Positions 23,161-35,029 of a DNA stretch of 64,000 bases are shown piece after piece (positions within the stretch are counted from its first letter, which is position 1; each line of letters opens with the position of its first letter). The notes beneath the pieces are model-generated. The model was not told the DNA's origin, searched no databases, and saw nothing but the letters and a program-made list of their open reading frames with translations. The position numbers and the translations under genes are program-made. The stretch comes from Eledone cirrhosa (taxonomy: Eukaryota), in the NCBI GenBank assembly GCA_964016885.1, contig OZ024761.1:19034001-19098000 (forward strand). The letters are read 5' to 3'.

Positions 23161-23626
23161 AGGGCACTTCCTCAAGCTATATGGACAGTAGCAACACACT
23201 GAGATGTGAACTCCCCTCAAGCTATAGGGGCTTCTCCAGCACATGTAGACACCTCTCGGCCAGACCTCCCTCAAGCTATATGGGCAATAACAACACCATA
23301 GGTTGGGAACTCCCCTCAAGCCATAAGGACCCACCCAGGCTGAGCAGACACCATGATAACCTAGAGATTGATTCTGACACAGCCTTTCTAATTTGGCCAA
23401 CATCTTTATAACACACACACATTTTATTTTACTTGATTTTTCATGTTTTCTGTTTTCTTCACTTTATTGCCTTATATTTAAGTTGAGATTAATTATAACA
23501 CACACACATTTTATTTGATTATCTTTCGTTTTTCGTTTTACCATCTTGTTCCTCCTACCACTTTATCCGACATCTTTCTGACTTTGAGATGGTTATAGCA
23601 CACACACATTTTATTTTATTTGAATC

Positions 23627-23798
23627 TTCATTTTTATTTTTCATTTTTCATTTTTCATTTTTCATTTTTCATTTTTCATTTTTCATTTTTCATTTTTCAT
23701 TTTTCATTTTTCATTTTTCATTTTTCATTTTTCATTTTTCATTTTTCATTTTTCATTTTTCATTTTTCATTTTTCATTTTTCATTTTCCATTTTTCAT
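23627..23798. repeat. (TTTTTCA)n heptamer array
   Basis: Direct reading. Confidence 0.9.
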
Positions 23799-24196
23799 TA
23801 ATTTTTCATTTATTTTATATTTATTATTTATTTTCTATCTTCTTCATTGCATTGCCTTCTATTTCTTCATATAAATGGCAGACCCCCACCACCACCACGA
23901 GAAATGGTGGCAGGATGGATGAAGAAAAACACACACAGATACTTCTAAATGTCAGCAGCAACAAGACAGAGGATGACCAAAACACCAACACCGCTATCAA
24001 AATAAGGGTAGAGGTCAGATGTACTTAACAATAGCAAAAACAAACACTACAGGGAGCCTCACCCTAAAAAGAATTTCAATAGAATTTTGACTGAGGAATG
24101 CTCTCAAAACTGACCAATGGGAGGAGTGACCCTACAAATATTTCTAACAATTGAGATTGGGTATATAACACACACACATTTTATTTGATTATTGTA

Positions 24197-24380
24197 GGCG
24201 GTGGATTGGCAGAGGGTCGGACGCCATGCTTTGAAACACAGAGTTACGGCCCTTTATTGTCTGAGTTCAAATCCCGCCGAGGTTAACTTTGCCTTTTGTC
24301 CTTACGGGGTTGATAAAATAAAGTACCAGTAATACACTGAAATAATTGCTGGCCTTGTGTCAAAAGTAGAAACAATTATT
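24197..24380 (+). mobile_element. SINE family S1
   Basis: Full head-to-tail match to 17714. Confidence 0.85.
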
Positions 24381-24744
24381 GTATTTTGTTCCTTTACCAT
24401 CTTATTCCTTCTACCACTTTATCATCTATTTGAGCTGACTCCAACACCAACACCATTACCAACATAAGAGTGGTGGACAGATGTACTTAACAATAACAAG
24501 AACAACCATTACAGATTGCCTCGCTTCAGAACGAACTTCTATAGACTTTTGACTGAGGAATGTTCCCACAACTCAGTAATGAGAGTAGAAGATGTCCTTT
24601 GACACTGAAATTCGTTTGTTAAAATTCATATGATTTCAGTTCCTCAGTGAAATAACAACCCAACCAGGAACTGGGCATATCAGAGTATTGACAAAGTTAA
24701 ACACCTCAACAACATGTGTCCTCGTCTCTACCACACTAATTCGG

Positions 24745-24799
24745 ACTGCCTGAAGAGGTCACAGCCAAAGATGGCTGTCACCGAAATATATATAGCAGT
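24745..24799 (+). ncRNA. Minimal type I hammerhead ribozyme (family C), in the PLE terminal repeat
   Basis: ACTGC-CTGAAGA-GGTCACAGCC-aaagat-GGCTGTCACC-GAAA-TATAT-ATA-GCAGT-AATAAA. The inverted copy at 22842-22896 has GACA instead of GAAA. Confidence 0.8.
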
Positions 24800-24845
24800 A
24801 ATAAACGAAGCCAAATTTAAAAAAATTTAAACGGCTATTTCTGAA

Positions 24846-26130
24846 ACAACAGCAACAACACTACACCACCACCACCACAACAACAACAACAACACTACAC
24901 CACCACCACCACTACAACAACAACACTACACCACCACCACCACCACAACAACAACACTACACCACCACCACCACAACAACAACAACAACACTACACCACC
25001 ACCACCACTACAACAACAACACTACACCACCACCACCACCACAACAACAACACTACACCACCACCACCACAACAACAACAACAACACTACACCACCACCA
25101 CAACAACAACAACAACACTACACCACCACCACCACCACAACAACAACACTACACCACCACCACCACCACAACAACAACACTACACCACCACCACAACAAC
25201 AACACTACACCACCACCACAACAACAACAACACTACACCACCACCACCACCACAACAACAACAACACTACACCACCACCACCACCACAACAACACTACAC
25301 CACCACCACCACAACAACAACAACACTACACCACCACCACCACCACCACCACAACAACACTTCACCACCACCACCACAACAACAACAACACTACACCACC
25401 ACCACCACCACCACAACAACAACAACACTACACCACCACCACCACCACCACCACAACAACAACAACACTACACCACCACAACAACAACACTACACCACCA
25501 CCGCAACAACACTACACCACCACCACCACCACAACAACAACAACAACAACAACACTACACCACCACCACCACAACAACAACAACACTACACCACCACCAC
25601 CACAACAACAACAACACTACACCACCACCACCACCACTACCACAACAACAACACTACACCACCACCACCACAACAACAACAACAACACTACACCGCCACC
25701 ACAACAACAACACTACACCACCACCACCACAACAACAACAACAACACTACACCGCCACCACAACAACAACACTACACCACCACCACCACAACAACAACAA
25801 CAACACTACACCGCTACCACAACAACAACAACAACACTACACCGCCACCACAACAACAACACTACACCACCACCACCACAACAACAACAACAACACTACA
25901 CCGCTACCACAACAACAACACTACACCACCACCACCACAACAACAACAACAACACTACACCGCTACCACAACAACACTACACCACCACCACCACCACAAC
26001 AACAACAACACTACACCACCACCACCACAACAACAACAACACTACACCACCACCACCACCACCACAACAACAACAACAACAACACTACACCACCACCACC
26101 ACCACCACCACCCCCACCCAACATACCACC
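24846..26130. repeat. Compound (CAA)n-CACTA-(CAC)n array
   Basis: Direct reading. Confidence 0.95.
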
Positions 26131-26198
26131 ACAACGAGAAGTTACAGCAATCCTGCAGCAGTCACTTGACCACGTAGTCTGTTGTTGATGGCGTGTGG

Positions 26199-26224
26199 TG
26201 ACGTCACAACTTTTCAGCCAATCA
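26199..26224. promoter_or_regulatory. Candidate cis-regulatory island: CRE plus NF-Y CCAAT box
   Basis: TGACGTCA at 26199-26206 and AGCCAATCA at 26216-26224 in a ~170-bp non-repetitive island; motif match only. Confidence 0.3.
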
Positions 26225-26610
26225 CACGGTAGCTGCTATTGATAGTCAACGAGTGGGTATTTCCAGTTAAAGTGAGAGAAGTGGTTTTTATGTGTAGTAA
26301 GTAGTAGTAGTAGTTGTCGTAGTAGTGGTAGTAGTAGTGGTAGTAGTAATGGTAGTAGTAGTGGCGGTGGTAGTTGTAGTAGTGGTAATGACGGCGGCGT
26401 CAATAATAAAAGTATTAGTAGTAGTAGTAGTGGTGGTGGTGGTAGTAGTTGTCGTCGTGGTAGTAGTAGTAGTAATAGTTGTCGTCGTAGTAGTAGTAGT
26501 AATAGTTGTCGTAGTAGTAGTAGTAGTAGTAGTGGCGGTGGTGGCGGCGTTAGAAGTAAAAGTAGTAGTAGTAATATTGGTGGTAGTGGTGGTGGCATTA
26601 GTAGTAAAAA

Positions 26611-26650
<40 letters not shown>

Positions 26651-26998
26651 GGTGGTGGTGATGGTGGTAATGGCGGCGGCGTAAATAGTAAAAGTAGTAG
26701 TGGTGGTGGTAGTTGTGTGGTGGTGGCGTTAGTAGCGAAAGTGGTAGTGATAGTGATGGCGTTAATAGTAAAAGTAGTGGAAGTGGTAGTGGTGGTGGTG
26801 GTGGTTGAGTTAGTAGTAGTAGTAGTAGTAGTAGTAGTTACGGCAACATAAGCTAGTAAGATTGAAAGTGGTGTTGTTTGCGGTGGAAATGGGGAGAGGC
26901 GCAGCCACCGCTGCTTGCTAACAAGCTATGATCAAAGTCGGTGACTTTGGATGCATAGATATGTATGTATGTATATGTATGTACGCATATAGAATGTT

Positions 26999-27065
<67 letters not shown>

Positions 27066-27148
27066 GTTATTCCGGGTTGAATCGGAGGTAACCACAGTAA
27101 GTAAGGTACTCAATACATTGCAGAGTATAAAAGTTTTAATATAGATGA

Positions 27149-27197
27149 GATTCTACAGGACTAGAACTGTTTCATTCTTTAGAAATCATCAGGAATC
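27149..27197 (-). ncRNA. Minimal type I hammerhead ribozyme (family F)
   Basis: Left arm of a palindrome centred at 27198; same sequence as 27199-27247. Confidence 0.75.
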
Positions 27198-27198
27198 A

Positions 27199-27247
27199 GA
27201 TTCCTGATGATTTCTAAAGAATGAAACAGTTCTAGTCCTGTAGAATC
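27199..27247 (+). ncRNA. Minimal type I hammerhead ribozyme (family F)
   Basis: GATTC-CTGATGA-t-TTC-taaa-GAA-t-GAAA-CAG-ttctagtc-CTG-TA-GAATC. Confidence 0.75.
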
Positions 27248-27260
27248 TCATCTATATTAA

Positions 27261-27299
<39 letters not shown>

Positions 27300-27421
27300 G
27301 CTGAATTTAGTCTTCAAATCTATTATTATTACTATATCGTCGGCAAATCACTGATGAGGGACTCATTTTATTACATGTTATCCATGTGCAACCTGCAGTA
27401 TTCTTCTCCCCATTTTTTCAC

Positions 27422-27455
<34 letters not shown>

Positions 27456-27468
27456 GTATATATATATA

Positions 27469-27656
27469 GTAATTGTTTCTACTTTTGGCACAAGGCCAGC
27501 AATTATCCCAGTACATTACTGGTACTTTATTTTATCGACCCCGTAAGGATGAAAGGCAAAGTAAACCTCGGCGGGATTTGAACTCAGATCGTAAAGGGAC
27601 GTAACTATGCTGGAAAGCATGGCGTCCGACCTTCTACCGATACTGCCAATCCACCT
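27469..27656 (-). mobile_element. SINE family S1
   Basis: Reverse complement of the 17714 family. Confidence 0.85.
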
Positions 27657-27861
27657 AGTAATAATAATAAATTTGAAGACTAAAATCCAAAGAGGGCTCG
27701 ATAAGGATAAATATATATCAAATATATAAGAACCGTAGAGCAAATATTTCCCGTTCTTTGCCAGGGAACGTTTCCACGAACCAAAGTATCGTCTTCCTGT
27801 CTTCCTCCGGTCGCAACGTTTTTTTAAATATCCACTTCTGCGTTTACAGATTGACTTTGTT

Positions 27862-27912
27862 AGTTTCAGAAGATCCCGTTAAGGGTGAAAGCAGCGATTC
27901 TTTGCTTAAACT
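27862..27912 (+). ncRNA. Hammerhead-like motif, A4 core (family G)
   Basis: AGTTT-CAGAAGA-t-CCC-gttaa-GGG-t-GAAA-GCA-gcgattctt-TGC-TT-AAACT; A4 is also present in the minus copy at 32601-32651. Confidence 0.6.
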
Positions 27913-27928
27913 TTAATCTGTTATTTTA

Positions 27929-27992
<64 letters not shown>

Positions 27993-28186
27993 CGAAGGAA
28001 ATGTGGTAAGGAACCAGGTAGACCATAACGCACCAAAGTACTCAATACTTAGGGTAGTAGAGTGGGTAATAGGAACGAGTAGGACCCCGACGGCTGAGCT
28101 CAAGCCGTTTCGACGGCTAATTCTGGACTAAAAAAAAAATTAGCCGTCGAAACGGCTTGAGCTCAGCCGTCGGGGTCCTACTCGTT

Positions 28187-28231
<45 letters not shown>

Positions 28232-28476
28232 AGTATATGTTGGTTGTATACCAACACCCCAGTATGCAGACTAGAGCACTCGACGAAGTGCGCAGGTTGG
28301 TTTGGTTATTCTGGAGTAATGTAAAATAAAATAAAATAAATAAGTCAAATGTTTAGAACATATGATTCCAGTTCCTCAGTGAAATAACAACCCAACCAGG
28401 AACTGGGCATATCAGAGTATTGACAAAGTTAAACACCTCAACAACATGTGTACTCGTCTCTACCACACGAATTCGG

Positions 28477-28531
28477 ACTGCCTGAAGAGGTCACAGCCAA
28501 AGATGGCTGTCACCGAAATATATATAGCAGT
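28477..28531 (+). ncRNA. Minimal type I hammerhead ribozyme (family C)
   Basis: Same as 24745-24799. Confidence 0.8.
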
Positions 28532-28730
28532 AATAAACGAAGCCAAATTTTAAACATTTGACTTATTTATTTTATTTAATTTTATTTTATTTTATATATA
28601 TATATAAGTAAAAGGGATATTTAATTTGTTGGAAATCCAACAAATATAAATGTTTATAACTGATTCAAAGCACTCGACAAATTTCTGGTGTAAATATTCA
28701 ATGATATTAAATAAATGGTTAAATATTGAT

Positions 28731-28762
<32 letters not shown>

Positions 28763-28883
28763 CGGGTGTATATATATTGATTATGTGGGTGCATATATAT
28801 TGATTATATATATATATTACTTCAAAATATTAATAAATATAGACATTCATGTGATCAAATATATTTTATTATATATATTTCAG

Positions 28884-29563
28884 CGGTGGATAGGCAGTAT
28901 CGGTAGAGGGTCGGACGCCATGCTTTCCAGCATAGTTACGTCCCTTTACGGTCTGAGTTCAAATCCCGCCGAGGTTAACTTTGCCTTTCATCCTTACGGG
29001 GTCATAAAATAAAGTACCAGTAATTTACTGGTTACCTCTGAAATATATATAATTGTTTCTACTTTTTGGCACAAGGCCAGCAAATACCCAGTACATTACT
29101 GGTACTTTATTTTATCGACCCCGTAAGGATTAAAGGCAAAGTTAACCATGAATGTCTATATTTATTAATATTTTGAAGTAATATTAATAACTCCAGAAAA
29201 CCTACTGGTTGAGTGCTTCTAATCTATTGTAAAACTATATTCGTTGATTATTCAATGAACCTTGTTTAACTTTTGGTCATATATATATAATGTAGGAGGT
29301 GAATTTTATTGTAGCACAATAAGCAATGCAAATATCGGATAAGTAGCACTCAACAGTTTATAGGACTGGAGTATAAATAATTGTTTCTACTTTAAGCACA
29401 AGGCCAGCAATTACCCAGTGCATTACTGGTACTTTATTTTATCGACCCCGTAAGGATGAAAGGCAAAGTCAACCTCGGCGGGATTTGAACTCAGATCGTA
29501 AAGGGACGTAACTATGCTGGAAAGCATGGCGTCCGACCCTCTACTGATACTGCCAATCCACCG
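28884..29563. mobile_element. Cluster of three SINE S1 copies (+ 28884-29032, - 29050-29147, - 29376-29563)
   Basis: Matches to the S1 sequence in both orientations. Confidence 0.8.
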
Positions 29564-29771
29564 ACTGGAGTATAAATAATATAAGATCAAAAGATGGTTA
29601 AAAGAGTTCCATGTATTTTATTATGCGCATTTCAAAAACTAAAAATCCTGAGATGATATTTGCGTTCTTATCAGATAAAATAGGGAGACATGATATGAAG
29701 CTTCAAAAACACGAGTAGATTTAACACTTCACTGCTCGCAAGTGTTTTTTAAGCTTCATATCATGTCTCCC

Positions 29772-29842
29772 TATATTATCTGATGAGAACGCAAATATCA
29801 TCCCAGGCTGATATTTGTTTTTGAAATGCGCATAATAAAATA
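29772..29842 (+). ncRNA. Minimal type I hammerhead ribozyme (family H)
   Basis: TATATTAT-CTGATGA-gaacGCAAATATCA-tcccaggc-TGATATTTGTtttt-GAAA-TGCGC-ATA-ATAAAATA; palindromic ATGCGCAT stem III. A decayed inverted copy lies at about 29614-29682. Confidence 0.7.
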
Positions 29843-29851
29843 CATGGAACT

Positions 29852-29915
<64 letters not shown>

Positions 29916-29988
29916 ACTGTATATATATATAGGTTTTGCATATATATATATATATATATATACAACTGTATATATATATAGGTTTTGC

Positions 29989-30023
<35 letters not shown>

Positions 30024-30052
30024 TATATATATATATACATATATATATACAT

Positions 30053-30135
<83 letters not shown>

Positions 30136-30297
30136 ACTGTATGTATGTAGGTTTTGCACTTTCCTGTTGACAAGTGTTTTTAGGCCTCATACCATGTTAC
30201 CTTATTTTATCTGATGAGAACACAATTTTTGTCCCAGGATCATAATAAAATATATGGAACTTCTTTAACCATCTTTTAATTTCTTGTTATACAACTG

Positions 30298-30337
<40 letters not shown>

Positions 30338-30377
30338 TTCAAAATATTAACAAAATAGATATTCTTGTGATCAATTA

Positions 30378-30444
30378 TATTTTATTATACATATTTCAGA
30401 GGTACTGAGTTAAGTTCAACAGTGCGTCCTCATCAGATAAAATA
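30378..30444 (-). ncRNA. Minimal type I hammerhead ribozyme (family E)
   Basis: Paralog of 3635-3701 with intact core. Confidence 0.7.
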
Positions 30445-30944
30445 AGATGATGCATGACATACCCTGACATAGTAGATGGTTAAGATTCAGTGATGGTAGT
30501 GATTAACTTATGACAAAACTCAATATTTATACCCTAATATTGAGAGTATGAGATAACATAATACAAACAATAGAGAGGGTGCGTGTAATAGAGTTTAAGA
30601 AATACATGGCATCAATATAACAGTTATAAAATTTTAAATTTTGAAAAACTACTAGAGAAAGAGGAGGGAAAGGAAAGCATAGAGGAAGAAACAGCTGATG
30701 TGATAATATATTTAGTAGGTGGCTTGAAAAAACAGATGAAAGATGATTAAAGAGAGAGAGAGACAAAGGGGAGTAATTTATGTTCACAAGAATATCTATT
30801 TTGTTAATATTTTGAATTAATATTAATAACTCTGGAAAACCCTATCTGTTGAGTGCTTCCAATCTATTGTAAAACTCATTCTTTGATGTATTCATTGAAC
30901 CTTGTTTAACTTTTAAATATATATATATATATACAACTCTATAC

Positions 30945-30978
<34 letters not shown>

Positions 30979-31003
30979 ACAATTAGTTACAACAGTGACA
31001 CAT

Positions 31004-31053
31004 ACAGGTACTTAAGTTTCGTTGGATCAAGCACCCCAACTCATTCAGTCGGT
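31004..31053 (-). ncRNA. Hammerhead-like motif with 8-nt core CUGAAUGA (family N), stem I decayed
   Basis: Minus: CTGAATGA-GTTGG..CCAAC-GAAA-CTTAAG-TA-CCTGT. Confidence 0.5.
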
Positions 31054-31326
31054 TATAAAAACAAAGATCTATGTGTATAAGTATGTGTATATATGTGTGT
31101 GTATATATATATATAAGTATATACAGTTGTATATATATATACATATATATACACAGCTTTGTAAGAAATGGCTTCTACAGGACTAGAACTGTTACATTCG
31201 AAGGCAATCATCCGGAATTCCCATGTATTGAGTACCTTACTAACTGTGGTTACCCCTCGATTGAACCCAGGATACACATCTCTCTTTCTCACACACACTC
31301 TCTCTCTCTATATATATATATATATA

Positions 31327-31734
31327 CAGTTGTCCCCCAGTATTCGCGGGGTTTACGTTCCTAAAACACCCGCGAAGAATTTAAAAACCGCTAATACTGG
31401 AAAAGGTCATAAAAATGCCTATAAACGTCAAAATATAACGTAAAATATAATTTTAAAAAAAGAGGAAGCGTCTTATGCAAAGGTGTGTCCAATAGGCCGG
31501 CAAATTCAATATATTGTTATTAATGATTTAGCGTTAAAAAGTATTTATTGCCACGAAAAAAGCTATAAAAATATTTATTGCCACGAAAAAGGTATTAAAA
31601 AAATCGCCGAAGATATTTACGAGTCCGCGAATATGCGGTGGTTTCTACGAACAATTATTAGTTAGGTTCTAAGGAAAATTGCGCGATTAACCGGGACAAA
31701 GGATGTTGGGACCACGAATGCCAGGAGTACACTT
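31327..31734. mobile_element. Tigger/pogo-like MITE
   Basis: TA-CAGTTGTCCCCCAGTATTCGCGGGG left end; degenerate ..CCACGAATGCCAGGAGTACACT right end; TA flanks. Confidence 0.55.
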
Positions 31735-31751
31735 TATATACATACATATAT

Positions 31752-31862
<111 letters not shown>

Positions 31863-31988
31863 CATATATATATGTAAAAGTTCTATTTAAATTGTTGGGA
31901 TAACTGATATAAAGCACTCAACAAATATTTGGAGTAAAAATACGATATTAACAAATGGAATATTTATTTATAAAACTGATCTATATTA

Positions 31989-32053
31989 TATTTTATCTGA
32001 TGAAAGCACACCATAATTTAACTTGGTGTCCTTGAAATATGTATAATGAAATA
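31989..32053 (+). ncRNA. Minimal type I hammerhead ribozyme (family D)
   Basis: Intact core and stems as in 5768 and 9641. Confidence 0.75.
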
Positions 32054-32093
32054 AATATGGTTTTATAAATATAGTTTCCATTTGTTAATATCG

Positions 32094-32125
<32 letters not shown>

Positions 32126-32474
32126 CATATATACATATATATATATATACATATATACATATATACATATAAATATATGATCATCATTTCTGAGGACGGC
32201 ATGTATATGTGAAGGTATGTATATTTCCTCTGATAATTTGTAATATTTTTACATAGATCTATATGATATACATACCAACACACATATACATCCCAGAAGC
32301 GATCGTAAAATGATGAATTTTTTTAATATAAGGAACTTGTTCTTTGTGTTTATTTCATTATTTTTATTAATTTATCTTGACTCTATTTTCCTATGATTTT
32401 TATCGAAAATTTTTGAATTACATTGAGTTCTTCATACAGATTGGACACTACCGTATATTTTGGTAGATTTATCT

Positions 32475-32587
<113 letters not shown>

Positions 32588-32870
32588 AAGAACAGATTAA
32601 AGTTTAAGCAAAGAATGGCCGCTTTCACCCATAACGGGATTTTCTGAAACTAAAAAAAATCAATCTGTGGACGCAGCAGTAAATATTTTGAAAAACGTTA
32701 CAACCGAAGGAAAACAGGAAGACGATACTTTGGTTCGTGAAGACGTTCCCTGGCATTGACCGGGGGAAAAAGCGAGGATAATTACGTCGTTATGTGGAGC
32801 GGTGAGAACAATTTCACCCAAAGACAAAAACACGTTAGACTTCACATTTATTATTACTATATATATATAT

Positions 32871-33344
32871 TCGAGGGTAAAATTCCCGAGATCCATGGAC
32901 GAGTTCTCTCCAGCGGTCTCTGTCCCTCATTATCGCTGCCATGTCCTGCGTCTCCAACAGACCAGTGTCTGCCCTTAGGGCATCAACATACATTAACTTA
33001 GGTCTTCCTCTTCCAGTGTGTCCATGTAGGGGTTCCCACAGGAGCACTGAGTGCAATGTCAACTCTGGATGTCGGTGAGCATGTCCAGCTAACCTCAGTC
33101 TCCTCTGTGTCACTTTTGAGCTGACTTTTGGGAGGCTCCCATACAGCTCTGAGTTTTTCTTCCTCAGTGTATACTGATTAATGTTCAGAGCCATCCTCAG
33201 CATTCTCGTGTAGCACCCATCCACCATCTGAGTGAGTTTATTGGTCAGTGTCCAAGACCCGTACAGCAGCACAGACTCCACTACAGCAATGAAGAGGCGG
33301 ATTTTCATGTCTTTACGAAGGTCCGACTTCCACACCGATCTCAT
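32871..33344 (-). mobile_element. RTE-clade LINE 3' fragment
   Basis: Encodes KIRLF..VESVLLYG..WTLT..RMLR..RRLRLAGH..WEP..GRGRP..DRDRWR; runs into (TA)n. Confidence 0.85.
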
Positions 33345-33608
33345 ATATATGGATTGTAACGTCCAGTTACTGTAGGTTCAGCAGAGTGAGCATTTGATAC
33401 GCAGTTTCCAGTAAGTATAGAGGTGTAGAACTAAGCAGAGTGTAATAATAAAAATAATAAAAAGGACGATTAGTTATGTCTTCATTACGTTTATTGAGTA
33501 GTAACGCGCGTTTCGCTATTGATCAGATCAGGGTTCGATCTGTATCGATCGAGCCCGACGAGCTTTTGATTCCAGAGTCGGACTAGATAGAGGAGCTTAC
33601 ATATTGAC

Positions 33609-33685
33609 GCATATCTGAGGAGGCAGGTTCGATCAATAATAGATCGTTCCTCGAGCTGATTGACAGTGAAACATATGTAACGTGT
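33609..33685 (+). ncRNA. Hammerhead-like motif with long stem II (family K)
   Basis: GCATAT-CTGAGGA-(~46 nt incl. CTCGAGCTGAT)-GAAA-CATATG-TA-ACGTGT..AATAAA; stem I imperfect. Confidence 0.5.
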
Positions 33686-33817
33686 TTAATAAATATCTTA
33701 TGATGGAACACTGACTCTTTGTTCCGTCATTCTTATATTATTTACACTCTGCTCTGCGCATCGAGTTCTCATCCGGCATGCCGGTTACGGACGCACTTAT
33801 CTTTCACCTCTACACAC

Positions 33818-33889
<72 letters not shown>

Positions 33890-33938
33890 ATGTATGTATA
33901 AATATGTGAAATATGTGTATATATATATATATATATAT

Positions 33939-34080
<142 letters not shown>

Positions 34081-34083
34081 CTG

Positions 34084-34136
<53 letters not shown>

Positions 34137-34159
34137 TTATACATACATATACATACATA

Positions 34160-34223
<64 letters not shown>

Positions 34224-34250
34224 TATGTATGTATGTATATGTATGTATAA

Positions 34251-34327
<77 letters not shown>

Positions 34328-34354
34328 TATGTATGTATGTATATGTATGTATAA

Positions 34355-34385
<31 letters not shown>

Positions 34386-34462
34386 AATGTAAGTATGTAA
34401 GTGCCGTACTAAGAGTGAGAAATGAAATTTCGTTTCATTCTATTCCATTTATATATATATAT

Positions 34463-34628
34463 ATAATTGTTTCTACTTTAGGCACAAGGCCAGCAATTAC
34501 CCAGTGCATTACTGGTACTTTATTTTATCGACCCCGTAAGGATGAAAGGCAAAGTCAACCTCGGCGGGATTTGAACTCAGATCGTAAAGGGACGTAACTA
34601 TGCTGGAAAGCATGGCGTCCGACCCTCT
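34463..34628 (-). mobile_element. SINE family S1, 5'-truncated
   Basis: Near-identical to 29376-29563. Confidence 0.85.
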
Positions 34629-34716
34629 AAATGTATGTATATACATATAGATATATATGTATATGTATGTATAAATATGTGTATATATATATATATATAC
34701 ACACACACACATACAC

Positions 34717-34748
<32 letters not shown>

Positions 34749-34841
34749 ATGTATGTATAAATAAATATATATATATATAGAGAGAGAGATATGTTTTTAA
34801 AAATAGGTTAATGTTTTATCCATGTATATGTATATATATAC

Positions 34842-34873
<32 letters not shown>

Positions 34874-35029
34874 ATCTGTGCGTGTAAATATGTGAGGTGT
34901 GTGCATGTGCCTGTACATTTGTGCACATGTGTGCACATTAACATGTTTGTATATAATATGCATAGATATGTGTGTGCATGTGATAAAGGAAGCTATGTGA
35001 TCGGGTACAATGTATGTGACTCATTTAAT

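Larger units (their letters stand above)
22800..24830 (+). mobile_element. 5'-truncated Penelope-like element with inverted pseudo-LTR
   Basis: 22800-23043 is the reverse complement of 24598-24830. Between them lie the PLE endonuclease tail and a repetitive 3' region interrupted by a SINE. The terminal repeat carries an HHR and AATAAA. Confidence 0.75.

Noticed and set aside
27340-27400. CTGATGAGGGAC motif (also near 855-865 minus and 58378)
   Set aside because: No downstream stem II partner or GAAA found, so it cannot be folded as a hammerhead.
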